A stretch of 64,000 nucleotides of DNA from Candidatus Poribacteria bacterium. GTDB taxonomy: Bacteria; Poribacteria; WGA-4E; PCPOR2b. The stretch is from assembly GCA_965198175.1 (NCBI GenBank), contig OZ240245.1:1696001-1760000 (forward strand), given 5' to 3'. The translations under genes and the position numbers were made by a program. Under the pieces are notes generated by a model. The model had not been told where the DNA came from, searched no databases, and was given only the letters and a program-made list of their open reading frames with translations. Positions 27,154 to 38,056 of the stretch are shown here, one piece after another (the stretch's first letter is position 1; each line of letters begins with the position of its first letter).

Positions 27154-27990
27154 TTAAATTGGTCTCAAACGATTTTGGATTGAACCCAACGTTGGTATGT
27201 TTGTTGTATGTGCTCCTTCGACAGCGAATGAGGCTGCGCAGTGGGCAAAATTGAGAGCCTCCTGCGGTAACCGAGTTTCATAATATTTGATTAGGAAGGC
27301 GGCAGCAAAAACGTCGCCAGCACCTGTAGGGTCAACTTCATTCGCAGGATAGGCTTGGGAGCCCAAAATCCGACCATTTTCATAAAGAGTCGCGCCATAC
27401 TTTCCCTTTGTTACAACGACAATTCTTGTCAACTCAATATATTTCTCAAGCTCATCGGGATATGCGCTCAAGTCCTCGTCACTCAAGATTAGCACGTCAG
27501 CATACGGCAAAATAGCAGGAGCGGAATCCCATCGCTTGGGGCGAACAACTTGCGAGTCGCCATCCCGCTGCCGCATCCAACCTTGCGGCGTGACACCGAT
27601 TAAGGCGCAATTGAGGCTGTGGATACAATCCGGATCAACTTCATCGGCGATTGGACACAAATAAGCAACTTCTGCGTTACAGGAATCTCCCGCGATGTTG
27701 TGCGGCATCAATCTGGTACCCAGAGCTAAGATTAATTGTTGACGACCACCATCTACGTCATACCGGTTATCGAAGATAGTCGTGTTTGACGATTCTTGGT
27801 AAATCACTTCGACGCCATCCAACGTCGGATTCTGTTGGTCAAAATCACTGCCTACAGCCGTAATGGCGTGTGCACGACAGCCAAGATTTCGTGCGGTAAT
27901 CGTCGAATATGCCGCCGAACCCCCAAGAACATAACCACAGGATGAAACATCATAACAAAAGTGTCCGATGGCGAGGAACGTTGGTGTCAT
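27154..27990 (-). CDS. PfkB family carbohydrate kinase
   Basis: LGGSAAYS and DPTGAGDVFAAAF; start set at ATG 27990. Confidence 0.88.
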   Translation of the reverse strand: MTPTFLAIGHFCYDVSSCGYVLGGSAAYSTITARNLGCRAHAITAVGSDFDQQNPTLDGVEVIYQESSNTTIFDNRYDVDGGRQQLILALGTRLMPHNIAGDSCNAEVAYLCPIADEVDPDCIHSLNCALIGVTPQGWMRQRDGDSQVVRPKRWDSAPAILPYADVLILSDEDLSAYPDELEKYIELTRIVVVTKGKYGATLYENGRILGSQAYPANEVDPTGAGDVFAAAFLIKYYETRLPQEALNFAHCAASFAVEGAHTTNIPTLGSIQNRLRPI

Positions 27991-28171
27991 TTTCCTGCTT
28001 AGCCTGCGTAAATCCCTTAAGTAGCCTCGCGTTACTGATGAAGCGAGATGAGTTGGCGACCTCAACGGATTAGGAGGTGGAAACGAACTCTGAAACTCAA
28101 CTCATCTATCTCCTTCTGATTGTGGGAATCCAACAAACATCAGCATTCCCAACTTATCTGGTCATTTGATA

Positions 28172-31100
28172 CTATTTCATGATGAGCATTTTCCGCGTGG
28201 TGGAATAGGCGCCTGCGGATAGGTGATAGAAATACACACCGCTTGCGACCGATTCCCCTTGATTGTTACGACCATCCCAGTAAATCGCTGATGCACGCGA
28301 CTCGTACCCAGCGGCTGGTTTGAAGCCGACATCAATGGTCCGCACCAAGCTACCGTTGGTGTGATAGATTTCTAACGTCACTTCGGCAGCTTTCGCTAAC
28401 CGGTACGGTATCCACGTCTCCGGGTTGAACGGATTCGGGTAGTTCGCCAACAGCTCGGTCTCCGACGGAATCTCATAGAGTTCCACGTCGGGTAGGCTAA
28501 TACGGTACGTCAACACCTCTTCCGCGCTAACCACAATCTGCGGTACCGGTCGCACGCCGACGTACGGGTTCGGTGAATGCACTGCAATTTCTATCACATC
28601 ACCAACCTTCGCTGCGTGGCGGCTCAATTCAACAAACGTCCCGCTGTAGGAAGTCGCTGATGTCTCCGTTCCGAGAACGGTGTCGAGCGAGGCGCCCGTG
28701 GACAGGTTCTTCACAGTGACACGGAGCTCAAGAACCCGTGACAACATGTTGAACTCGTCCATCACGCCGCCCTCAACATACAGCACCGGTGTGTGCGTGC
28801 CGTCGAACACCACTGCGGGCGCAGCCGAAACGGCTCCGGAATTATCCCACGGCGAACCGACTATCGGGATGCTGGTTGCTTCCATTCCAGTGTAGACAAC
28901 AAGGTAGCCGACCCCGCCCATGATAGGACCGTCACCTTCTTGACCGGCTGCAGTAATCGTGTGGAATCCCATTCCATCGGCTTTGGAGACCGCGATGGCA
29001 CCGACACCGTCGACTAGCAGGCCGCTAATCATTTTGGGACCCGCTGCCGGTTTAAGCGGCAAACCGACGAGATTGTTCCCCACGTCAATGTTAATCATGG
29101 AATCGCCGCCGGCACCTAACGCATCGCCAACGAGTTCAAGCGTCTTAGCGTCGGACATCACCACAATCAAACCGGTATCGTCCTCGATTGCCGCGTCCAC
29201 TGCGCTGCCCGCGCTGATATCGCCGAGGTAGGTCTTCCATCCACCGTCGTCGCCGACCGTAATGATGTAGTTGACCGCATCGCCGAGCGCGTTGTATAGG
29301 TCGCCGACGGTCTCAATCGTCGCATCTTCGCCGTTAATCTGGTTAACAGCCAACGGGATATGAATCGCATGTGTGCCCGCTGGGATTGACAACGTAAACA
29401 TCGGCATCCTCGCGGCTTCGATGGTCAGTAAAGCGACAGTCTCGGAATTTCCTTCGACACTCACGCGAACCGTGTTTGTGCCGGGCGTGCTGCCAAGGGT
29501 GAGTGTACTCTCCGCCCTGCCGTTTTCATTGGTCGTAGCACGTGTGGTACGGAGCGTTCCACCGCCTGCAGTGACAGTAAACGTGACCTCGACACCCGGT
29601 AGAGGTTTATCAGTCTGGTCGCGCACTTCTACCACAAACGGTTTTTCAAGCACCTCACCGGGTAAACCCTCTTGGTCAGCCCCAGAGATTATCTCAAGTT
29701 CCTTGGGTATTCGGCTGCCTTCTGCATTAAACGTCCGTGTTTCCTGACTCCCGGTAACAGACACAGTAACAGTGTTTGTTCCCGGATTTGGGCCCAATGT
29801 GAGAACACTCTCTGCTCTGCCGTTTGCGTCAGTGGTTGTGCTTGTAACACTGAGCGTTCCCCCGCCCGCGGTGATGGCAAATGTAACGACAACCCCTTCA
29901 AGCCTGGAACCGTCCGCATCGCGCACTTCCACGACAAACGGTTTTTCAAGCACCTCACCGGGTAAACCCTCTTGGTCAGCCCCAGAGATTATCTCAAGTT
30001 TCTTAGGTATTCGGCTGCCTTCGGCATTAAACGTCCGTGTCTCCTGACTCCCGGTAACAGACACAGTAACAGTGTTCGTCCCCGGATTTGGGCCCAATGT
30101 GAGAATACTCTCCGCCCTGCCGTTTTCATCGGTGGTGGCGATTTCGGGTTGGACTGTCCCGCCGCCTGTGGTGACGGTAAACGTGACCTCGACACCCGGT
30201 AGAGGTTTATCTGTCTGGTCTCGGACTTCTACGACAAACGGTTTTTCAAGTGTCGTGCCGGGCAGCCCCTCTTGGTCTTTTCCCGAGATTATCTCCAATG
30301 TCTTGGGAACTCCGATTCCTTCGGCAGTAAACGTTTGCCCTTCCTGAATCCCTGTAACGGCTACAGTGACAGTGTTTGTTCCCGGAGCTGGCCCCAACGT
30401 AAAAGTACTCTCCGCTCTGCCGTTCGTATCAGTCGTTGTACTTGTGACACTGAGCGTTCCCCCGCCTGCGGTGACCGTAAACGTAATTGGAACCCCCTCA
30501 AAGGCAGCACGATTCTCATCCTGTACTTCAACGACAAACTGGTTTGCGAGCGGTGCACCAGGTAAACCTACCTGTGCGTCGCCTGAGATTCTCCGAATTG
30601 TCTGAGGTGTTCGGTCGTCAAATTCTACCACAATTCCTCTACCTTGGAGGGTTGGAATATGGGTCTTTATTGATGTGTAGCTAAGGGGGTTTCCCCGAAC
30701 ATAGATCTCATCTCCACTTCCCAATCCCGTATTGGCTGCCAAGGGCAAGAGGTCTAATATCGCGTTGTGGTTAAGTTTCAGCAACGTCAGATTCGTCAAG
30801 CCTGCCAAAGCCGAGATGTCTGATATGTTGTTGTTGTCAAGCCCCAAGCGGCTCAGTTTGGTTAATCCCGCAAGGGGTGAGATGTCCGATATCGAGTTGC
30901 CGTTAACCCACAGTGCCGTCAGGTTTGTTAATCCCACCAAAGCTGACACATCCGAAATAGCGTTATTGGCTGCAAACCCCAGATGTGTCAGTTTGGTTAG
31001 GCCCGCTACAGGCGAGATGTCTGATACCGAACTTTTCCAAAGGTCCAGATGTGTTAGATTGGTCGCATGTTTCAACCCGGTCAGATTGTTGATGCCCGCC

Positions 31101-33163
31101 TCCGGTGCGTCAAGGCGCGTCAAAGTTGCCATCTCCGCGGCGGTAATTGTGACACCTGACGCTTTGCCGAGGGCGGTCTCAACCGCAGCGCGGAGATTGA
31201 GATCGGGGAGGTCTACCGCGGGCTCCACCACGGCGTTAAAGGTCACCGTCCCCTCAATTCCAGCGGCAGACACGGAAACAGCATTTGTTCCCAGATTTGT
31301 TCCCAGTGTGAGCGTACTTTGTGCTCTACCGTTTTCATCAGTCGTGGTGCGCGTAACACTGAGCGTTCCATCGCCTGCGATGACAGCAAAAGTGACAACA
31401 ATTTCTTCAAACGCAATACCATTCTGATCTATGACTTTAACGACAAGTGGGTCAGGCAGCGGTGTGATGGACATGCCATGCTGGTTATCGCCTGAGATTT
31501 TTTCTAGTGTCGTAGGTATTCGGTTGGTTGGGTCAGGCAGAATATCATCCTTCGTAAAAGTGAATCTGCTGCGTGTAATGCCTCCATAGACATCGATAAC
31601 ATGAAGTATTACTTCAGTAGCGGGTTCCACTGTTAATTCGGTTGTGATAAATTCAAGCGAGCTGTTTTCGCCTCTCAAGGATTTACACCCATGTAACTTA
31701 ATACTTGATCCTTCTACGGGATCTCTGGCAGTTGTTGGGATAATCAACTGTGCTTGATGGAGTCCATCAGTATCCGTTACTTCAAAGCGGAGACGGATAG
31801 CATTCGAGGAATATGCGAGGGGTGGGAGTATCTGAATCGTTGCAGGTTCATTGAAAGAAGTTTGGCTGGAGTTGAAGAAACGATTGGCATCTAACCATTC
31901 AGCAGCACATTTAGAGAGCCGGCCCCGCTTTCCATAAGACATGGTGTACACATCGTTGCGGAAATCATGCCGTAATCCAAAGGTGTGTCCGAGTTCATGG
32001 GCAGCAAGAGAAAGGTTAAAGCAATGGCCGGAGGCAGGCATGACAAACATCTTGTCGCTCCTATCCACAGGTAGGGCTTTTGCCTCCCCGCAAAGACGTT
32101 CGCTACTAATATCTATCGCAACCGCGTAGATACGGTGGGGCGCATAAAACTGTTGTTGGATTTCTTCCCGGACTTTGTGAGCAGTATTCTGGTGATAATG
32201 TGAATCGGTGAACTGCCCGTCTACATGATGCACCGCAGCTTTTCCATTCACATTGGTTTCAAAGGTGAAGGTTTTCCCCTCAAAGCCGTGGCGTTCCATC
32301 TCATCGGCGTAAAACTGTTGGACATCTCCGATCAGCGTATCCAACTTTGTGTCTATGTCTCGCTGGGGAGAGCGATCGCTTGGGAGAAAGTAGATCAACC
32401 GTACCGTGTGTGGTTCACCGACATTCAAATTCTTTGTGTTGTCAAACTCAACCGTGCGGGGTTCGTCGACGTTCAAATTCGTAGTATCGTCAAACTTAAC
32501 CGTAACTCCTCTACCCTGGAGGGTTGGAATGTGAGTCTTGATTGATGTGTGGCTAAGGGGATTTCCCCGCAAATAAACTTCGTCTCCACTTCCCAATCCT
32601 GTATTTGCTACCAAAGGTGAGAGGTCCGAGATGCGGTTAGCCTCAAGAGTCAGCGATGTCAGATTGGTTAATCCCACCAAAGGCGAGAGATCCGATATCC
32701 CGTTGCCGTCAAGAAACAGTGATTCTAAGTTGGTTAATCCTGCTAGAGGTGAAAGGTCTGATGCCGAGTTTTCCCCGAGATACAGTCCTGTCAGTTTAGT
32801 TAAACCTGCCAGAGGTGAGAGGTCTTTAACCGAGTTTCTCCAAAGATGTAGGGCTATGAGATTGGTTAAGTTCGCTAGTGCCGAGATATCTGATATTGAG
32901 TTGTTGTCAAACTTCAGGACTGTCAGGTTGGTTGCATGTTCCAACCCGGTCAAATCGCGAACCCCCGCCTCCGGTGCTTCAAGGCGCGTCAAAGTTGCCA
33001 TCTCCGACGGCGCGATTGGCTTCCCCTCTGCTTTACTGAGAGCGGTCTCAACTGCAGCACGGAGACTGGGGTCAGGGATGTCGACGCCTTGTGCCGTTGC
33101 AGTCAGCGGAAGGGTGAAGCACATCAGCAGGAAAAAGGTGAAATAAAGAAGTTCTCTTTTCAT
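28172..33163 (-). CDS. Secreted multidomain protein: internalin-like LRRs, metzincin peptidase, Big-1-like Ig repeats, C-terminal FlgD-Ig/sorting-like domain
   Basis: Signal peptide after MKREL; L..LT.L.L..N.ISDLSPL repeats; HELGHTFGLRH; ISG.DQ.G.PG...F.VEV repeats; LLANYPNPFNPETWIPY...YWDGRN..GE.VASGVYFY. Confidence 0.9.
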   Translation of the reverse strand: MKRELLYFTFFLLMCFTLPLTATAQGVDIPDPSLRAAVETALSKAEGKPIAPSEMATLTRLEAPEAGVRDLTGLEHATNLTVLKFDNNSISDISALANLTNLIALHLWRNSVKDLSPLAGLTKLTGLYLGENSASDLSPLAGLTNLESLFLDGNGISDLSPLVGLTNLTSLTLEANRISDLSPLVANTGLGSGDEVYLRGNPLSHTSIKTHIPTLQGRGVTVKFDDTTNLNVDEPRTVEFDNTKNLNVGEPHTVRLIYFLPSDRSPQRDIDTKLDTLIGDVQQFYADEMERHGFEGKTFTFETNVNGKAAVHHVDGQFTDSHYHQNTAHKVREEIQQQFYAPHRIYAVAIDISSERLCGEAKALPVDRSDKMFVMPASGHCFNLSLAAHELGHTFGLRHDFRNDVYTMSYGKRGRLSKCAAEWLDANRFFNSSQTSFNEPATIQILPPLAYSSNAIRLRFEVTDTDGLHQAQLIIPTTARDPVEGSSIKLHGCKSLRGENSSLEFITTELTVEPATEVILHVIDVYGGITRSRFTFTKDDILPDPTNRIPTTLEKISGDNQHGMSITPLPDPLVVKVIDQNGIAFEEIVVTFAVIAGDGTLSVTRTTTDENGRAQSTLTLGTNLGTNAVSVSAAGIEGTVTFNAVVEPAVDLPDLNLRAAVETALGKASGVTITAAEMATLTRLDAPEAGINNLTGLKHATNLTHLDLWKSSVSDISPVAGLTKLTHLGFAANNAISDVSALVGLTNLTALWVNGNSISDISPLAGLTKLSRLGLDNNNISDISALAGLTNLTLLKLNHNAILDLLPLAANTGLGSGDEIYVRGNPLSYTSIKTHIPTLQGRGIVVEFDDRTPQTIRRISGDAQVGLPGAPLANQFVVEVQDENRAAFEGVPITFTVTAGGGTLSVTSTTTDTNGRAESTFTLGPAPGTNTVTVAVTGIQEGQTFTAEGIGVPKTLEIISGKDQEGLPGTTLEKPFVVEVRDQTDKPLPGVEVTFTVTTGGGTVQPEIATTDENGRAESILTLGPNPGTNTVTVSVTGSQETRTFNAEGSRIPKKLEIISGADQEGLPGEVLEKPFVVEVRDADGSRLEGVVVTFAITAGGGTLSVTSTTTDANGRAESVLTLGPNPGTNTVTVSVTGSQETRTFNAEGSRIPKELEIISGADQEGLPGEVLEKPFVVEVRDQTDKPLPGVEVTFTVTAGGGTLRTTRATTNENGRAESTLTLGSTPGTNTVRVSVEGNSETVALLTIEAARMPMFTLSIPAGTHAIHIPLAVNQINGEDATIETVGDLYNALGDAVNYIITVGDDGGWKTYLGDISAGSAVDAAIEDDTGLIVVMSDAKTLELVGDALGAGGDSMINIDVGNNLVGLPLKPAAGPKMISGLLVDGVGAIAVSKADGMGFHTITAAGQEGDGPIMGGVGYLVVYTGMEATSIPIVGSPWDNSGAVSAAPAVVFDGTHTPVLYVEGGVMDEFNMLSRVLELRVTVKNLSTGASLDTVLGTETSATSYSGTFVELSRHAAKVGDVIEIAVHSPNPYVGVRPVPQIVVSAEEVLTYRISLPDVELYEIPSETELLANYPNPFNPETWIPYRLAKAAEVTLEIYHTNGSLVRTIDVGFKPAAGYESRASAIYWDGRNNQGESVASGVYFYHLSAGAYSTTRKMLIMK
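29440..30600. repeat. Four tandem ~300-bp Big-1-like domain repeats
   Basis: 29641-29700 is identical to 29941-30000, and the 300-nt period continues at 30241 and 30541. Confidence 0.9.
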
Positions 33164-33306
33164 GAATTTTGATTCCTTTTTAAGACGGGATATGTATAAG
33201 GGATTTCCTTGCCTTGATGCGGAGACCGCGATGGTCACAATATTATAAAATCAGGTTGGAAGTCAGCGCTTTTTTCGTACTTGACCGATGATCGTCTGTT
33301 GGCATG

Positions 33307-33331
33307 AGGCGGGGCAAGATGCCCCGCCTAC
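33307..33331 (-). repeat. GTAG-family REP-like hairpin
   Basis: Minus strand GT-AGGCGGGGCA-TCT-TGCCCCGCCT, a perfect 10-bp stem. Confidence 0.6.
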
Positions 33332-33469
33332 GTGTGATGGATTCCATTAACCGGGGGCAAGCGGATCGCTATCGCGCTCACTATTAGGATTTACTATCGC
33401 CTTCGCTATTCACTCAGTTGATCGTTCGCTTGATTCCCGCCAGTTCGCTGAATCGGTACAAGACAACAA

Positions 33470-34801
33470 TCACACCGGCAGCATTCCCAAGAGGCTCTGG
33501 GGCGTTAGAAACAAAATCTGCCTTGCGATGGAGAGTGATTCATCAACAGTGTACTGCCCTTGACCGACTTTCTGAGCAAATACCTCTGCGAGTTGTTTTC
33601 GGACAAGTACTGCTTTCGCGTAAGCCCACTCCATCGTATAAGCATCGCTGAAAAAGCCAATCTGCTTGTTTGCCGCTACCATGTCCAGTCTGTCTGCTAT
33701 GACTTTGCGGATGGTTGATGGAAAGAAGCTATGCCACCAATAACCGGCGAAAGAGAGGTTAGGCAACTCTCTAGCCAATGTGCACAAGGGCGGACTCGCA
33801 TGCTCGCTCGCTAGAAAAACCTGAAATCTCAGCCGCGGATGACGTTGAAAAATCTCAGCCAATTGGAAGATAGTTTCCTGTCTGAGTTTGCTTCCCGTTT
33901 CATAAGGCAAGGGCTCTGCGCCGAGGGAAAACTGATAAACAATCTCGCTAGCATGCTTATCTAGTTCTGTCAGGAAAGCTTCAAGGATGTAGTTCGCATA
34001 GATGTCGCGTTCCTGGATTGTGGCGTTCTCTCGGCGGCTTAGGGCGGTTTCCATCTCGTCGTCGCTTACCAGACGGTAGTTGATGTCCGTTGAGAAATGT
34101 TGCGCTGTGCTCAACACCCGCCCATATGGTATTTTATCGCAGTAGTGCTGAATAGCGCTATGCACGTCGTCAATGGTGTGGATGACACGATTTAGTTTTG
34201 GGCGGGATTCCAAGGTCACAGGCAGGGGCGGGGACGGCTCGTCTTCATTCCACGCCTTCTCCAATTCAAAAAGCGGGATGTCGTTCTGTCCCCATTGCGT
34301 GCGAGTAAAAAAAGCCCATTCCAAGCTATACTGTAATATATCGTCGGCGGAACCGTCATGACCGCGCCACAATTCCGTGCCAATGCGGCGACTATTCGCT
34401 TTGCGCATAACCTCACGCGGCCAGTCTGAATCCGTCGACCGTTCCTTTATAAGGGCATCCAGCGTAAGCCAATTCTCCTCAGAAATTGGTTCCGTCCAGT
34501 TGTAGAGGTCCTTTAGGATGATTTTCAATCCCCAAAAGCAACTGGTATTCTGGATATATTTCAAATACGGGATGGCTTCCGACAACCGACTGCGAACTTC
34601 GTTCTTGTCAGGATGTTCGGAGAGGCGGCTGCCGTTTGGGCAGCCGGCGCTATACAAGTCAGAGATAACCATGTGGTAGAGGAGCACATCGTGGAGCCCA
34701 CGCGCTGAGAGGTGAGAAGCATCAATGTGGGAATGACAATCAAGGGCAGGGATTTCGGCTAGCCCCTCCTCAAGCATGCGTGTCAAAGAACCGTTCTTCA
34801 T
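33470..34801 (-). CDS. Amidohydrolase-superfamily protein, glucuronate isomerase (UxaC)-like
   Basis: LDCHSHI, LLYHMV.SDL.SAG, LPNL...GYWW, GFFSDAY. Confidence 0.7.
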   Translation of the reverse strand: MKNGSLTRMLEEGLAEIPALDCHSHIDASHLSARGLHDVLLYHMVISDLYSAGCPNGSRLSEHPDKNEVRSRLSEAIPYLKYIQNTSCFWGLKIILKDLYNWTEPISEENWLTLDALIKERSTDSDWPREVMRKANSRRIGTELWRGHDGSADDILQYSLEWAFFTRTQWGQNDIPLFELEKAWNEDEPSPPLPVTLESRPKLNRVIHTIDDVHSAIQHYCDKIPYGRVLSTAQHFSTDINYRLVSDDEMETALSRRENATIQERDIYANYILEAFLTELDKHASEIVYQFSLGAEPLPYETGSKLRQETIFQLAEIFQRHPRLRFQVFLASEHASPPLCTLARELPNLSFAGYWWHSFFPSTIRKVIADRLDMVAANKQIGFFSDAYTMEWAYAKAVLVRKQLAEVFAQKVGQGQYTVDESLSIARQILFLTPQSLLGMLPV

Positions 34802-34891
34802 CGTTTAACCTCCTGATTCGCATGTAGGACGATGCTCCGGTAATCGACGGGCGTAAAATCGTCGGATTATGAATTTCGACCTATCATTTCA

Positions 34892-35827
34892 TTACACCAT
34901 TTCCCGTTCTCTTAAGAATCGTTCAACAGCGGCGCGATCCGGGATTCCAGCACGTCCGCCTGTTTTTGTGGCTTTGATTGCCGCGGCGGCAGAGGCAAAT
35001 CGAATACACCGCAAAATTGACCATCCCCACGTTATACCTGCTGCGTATGCACCGTGAAAAACATCTCCGCAGCCGGTCGTATCTACGACCTGAACTGTAT
35101 ACGCCGGAACATGCCGGACGTCCCCGGGCGCTTCTCCGCAGGCGTACCAGCAACCCTGATGGCCGGCGGTAACAATTGTACAAGTGCGAGGTGTCTGAAC
35201 TGCTAGATGTTCAACTGCCTGAGCAGGGTCATTTTTGCCGGTGAATTTAGCGGCGAAACTTGCGGAGAGTATGAGATAGTCGATGTGTGCCATCAATGCG
35301 TCGGTTCGAGGGTGTTCACCGAGTTCAATATCGGCAATCGTCGGAATACCCATCTTTTTGGCAATTCCGGCTGCGTACAACATAGTCTCGACGCAAAGAT
35401 GGTCTATAAAGAGCAATCGGGTTTGTTCAATAAGCGGTTCATCTATACTTCCTAACGGACGCGGTATAACTTCTGCGTCTGAATAGAAAATGGTGCGGGT
35501 CTTACCTGTTTGGTCAACAATAATGACAGAGTGGAATGGTCGAGCACCGGTCTGACGAATCACCGGTCCACAATCAACGCCTTCGCGTTCTAACTCCTCA
35601 ATCGTCCAAGCGGAGAGTGGATCGTCGCCTAATACACCGCCGTACGCACATTTCGCCCCTAATCGTGATGCCGCAACCAGGGGGGTCCCTGTTAAGCCGC
35701 CGCCTTGACGGATGTTGGACAATACAGGGATTTTCGTGTCGGGTGGAGGATAGCTTTCCACGGTGAGAAAATCATCAACAGCAACAATGCCACAACCGAA
35801 TATATCCCAACTCGGCATGTCTACCAT
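34892..35827 (-). CDS. PfkB family carbohydrate kinase
   Basis: GGG..G...AASRLG and VDTTGCGDVFHGA. Confidence 0.9.
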   Translation of the reverse strand: MVDMPSWDIFGCGIVAVDDFLTVESYPPPDTKIPVLSNIRQGGGLTGTPLVAASRLGAKCAYGGVLGDDPLSAWTIEELEREGVDCGPVIRQTGARPFHSVIIVDQTGKTRTIFYSDAEVIPRPLGSIDEPLIEQTRLLFIDHLCVETMLYAAGIAKKMGIPTIADIELGEHPRTDALMAHIDYLILSASFAAKFTGKNDPAQAVEHLAVQTPRTCTIVTAGHQGCWYACGEAPGDVRHVPAYTVQVVDTTGCGDVFHGAYAAGITWGWSILRCIRFASAAAAIKATKTGGRAGIPDRAAVERFLREREMV

Positions 35828-35966
35828 CCCAATTCGTGAAATATCGCGTGTGAAAAATAACGAACGCGGACCTAATCTCCACCCCTTCTATTGGAAATCG
35901 ATCTACGGAACAATGGCTCAGTTCGTGATGAGCGCCCCATATTTCAGTTGTTAAGGGGGGTTCCGG

Positions 35967-36725
35967 TTAGCCACGCCCAATGTAAGGCATCTTCGTCGCC
36001 ATGACAGTCATGAATAGTACTACGGTATCTAGTGGAAGGCTAGCCATGTAGATCACCGCACGTGCGACATTGTCTGCGTCCATTCTCGGTTCAACCATGA
36101 CGGAGCCATTTGCCTGCGGAACCCCGTCGTTCATCCTTTCAGTCATTTCGGTCGCAGCATTACCAATGTCGATTTGACCACACGCGATATCGTACTTCCG
36201 TCCGTCGAGAGCCGAGGAGCGGGTAAGTCCGGTCATCGCGTGCTTGGTGGCTGTATAGGGTGCAGAGTTCGGTCGTGGTACGTGCGCGGATATCGAGCCG
36301 TTATTGATGATGCGCCCACCCTTAGGTTGCTGGCTCTTCATAATCTTGAAAGCCTCCTGGGTACACAGAAACGCGCCGGTCAAGTTGACATCTACAACGG
36401 CTTTCCATTGCTCGTAGGTTAAATCTTCCAAGAGTACGGGCGGCGCTCCAGTTCCTGCATTGTTAAATAAGAGATCAAGCCTGCCAAAAACCTCCTTCGT
36501 CTTGGCGAACAAGGCTTGAACGGAGGTGGGCTGGGTCACGTCAGTGGGTACAACCAACGCTCGGGAACCGGACGGTCCCGCCTCCGTCGCAGCCATCTCT
36601 AATGTCTCTACACGACGCCCAGCCAGCGTAACGCAATATCCTTCCTGCAAAAGAGCTAACACCGTTCGCTTACCAATGCCGGTCCCGGCTCCAGTGACGA
36701 TGGCGACTTTCCTAACAGAACTCAT
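35967..36725 (-). CDS. SDR oxidoreductase
   Basis: [31 protein letters not shown]. Confidence 0.9.
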   Translation of the reverse strand: MSSVRKVAIVTGAGTGIGKRTVLALLQEGYCVTLAGRRVETLEMAATEAGPSGSRALVVPTDVTQPTSVQALFAKTKEVFGRLDLLFNNAGTGAPPVLLEDLTYEQWKAVVDVNLTGAFLCTQEAFKIMKSQQPKGGRIINNGSISAHVPRPNSAPYTATKHAMTGLTRSSALDGRKYDIACGQIDIGNAATEMTERMNDGVPQANGSVMVEPRMDADNVARAVIYMASLPLDTVVLFMTVMATKMPYIGRG

Positions 36726-37015
36726 CTATCATACGCCTCCCAAGGATCGGGACGCATGAATTATTGAGACCCAATCCATTTTAGAATAGGGTAGCAAAAA
36801 TCACCTATCCCGTCAACAAAAATCGCTACCCTTAACGCAGCACCATCGTTCCCCAAGCGGGCGCTGCTAAAGAAAATCGGTGAGCATTACTTGAATCCAC
36901 CGCAAAAGCTGCCACAACGACTACAGGGTGAAAGAAGGGCAGTGAGCCTATTTGGAAATCGGCTTGAGCAAGTTTTGGTCTACGAACTCTTTGAGATGGC
37001 TCATTGTCAAATTCT

Positions 37016-37816
37016 CTACGTCTTACGAACCATGATTGCATCGTCACGCTTCAATTCGAGCAAGTTTGCAGCGTTTCCTTGGTTGACCGAAATCTCGAGC
37101 CGCCCGGAACTGCCGATAATCGCTAAACACTCTCCAGCTTTAGACTCAGCGTAAGTGCGATTGAGCCGATTAATCTCGACATTTCCTGCCTGGATGACGA
37201 AATTCTCATGGACGATTATTGATTCGAGGATTTCACGGGAAATGTTGGTGACTAGGTTGCCGAAACGATCAATCCAGATGACGCGCGCGATAATTGAGGT
37301 CTTTGTCACTTGAGCCATAGAGCTAGACAGTCGCACGAGGTCGTTAACCGCACGCCCGAAGTCACTTAGGGGAATCCCGCGTGATAGGTGCGCGGCAACG
37401 GGCGCGAAAATATCTCTGCCATGAAAGGTATTGCTAATCTCAGGTAGGCAATAGACGGTATTTTCCACAACGACCGCGCGATACAGCATATTGTCATCAA
37501 GAACGTGGCTCAAAACACCGTTGTCTGGGCAGACGAAGTATGCCGTTTCTGTTTGGCAGACGATAGCCCGTCGCATACTACCAACACCTGGATCCACGAC
37601 GACCACATGGATACTTCCGGTTGGGAAATAACGGTACGCTGAATGGATGATGAATGCAGCACCATGAATGTCTTGGGGCGGAATCGCATGCGTAATGTCA
37701 ACGATTTGAATTTGTGGATTGATATTCAGAATCACGCCTGTCATGGCGCCGACGTAGGAATCGCTCTTTCCAAAATCGGTTGTCAGTGTGATGACGCCGG
37801 ACGGAGCAGTATCGAT
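37016..37816 (-). CDS. SAM hydroxide adenosyltransferase (DUF62; chlorinase/fluorinase family)
   Basis: ITLTTDFG.SDSYV (upstream of the ORF-track ATG), VVDPGVG, PDNG, TFHGRDIFAP, IDRFGN, LEISVNQG. Apparent start is ATC 37816. Confidence 0.85.
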   Translation of the reverse strand: MDTAPSGVITLTTDFGKSDSYVGAMTGVILNINPQIQIVDITHAIPPQDIHGAAFIIHSAYRYFPTGSIHVVVVDPGVGSMRRAIVCQTETAYFVCPDNGVLSHVLDDNMLYRAVVVENTVYCLPEISNTFHGRDIFAPVAAHLSRGIPLSDFGRAVNDLVRLSSSMAQVTKTSIIARVIWIDRFGNLVTNISREILESIIVHENFVIQAGNVEINRLNRTYAESKAGECLAIIGSSGRLEISVNQGNAANLLELKRDDAIMVRKT

Positions 37817-38056
37817 TGTAAATCACCTCGCAGAATTGACAGGATCGCCGAAAGTGTATCAAAAAGAAAAGCCAAGAGCAAGACGAAATATTCGCTTGCA
37901 CGACAACATACTCTGGGCTATAATACTGATATCTCATCTTAGGGAATGGAGTGGAGTCTCAAGAATAGGCAAGTTAGAGCGATTCGCTTAGATAAAAACT
38001 TAAATGAATTCGATGTCAGTTTAGCGTGTTAAGCGCATCTAATGGGAGGGTAGGCG

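Noticed and set aside
29373..33146. Long plus-strand ORFs opposite the LRR/Ig gene (and similar antisense ORFs over res, mod and the HEAT gene)
   Set aside because: Shadow frames of repetitive or GC-rich coding sequence with no recognisable motifs.
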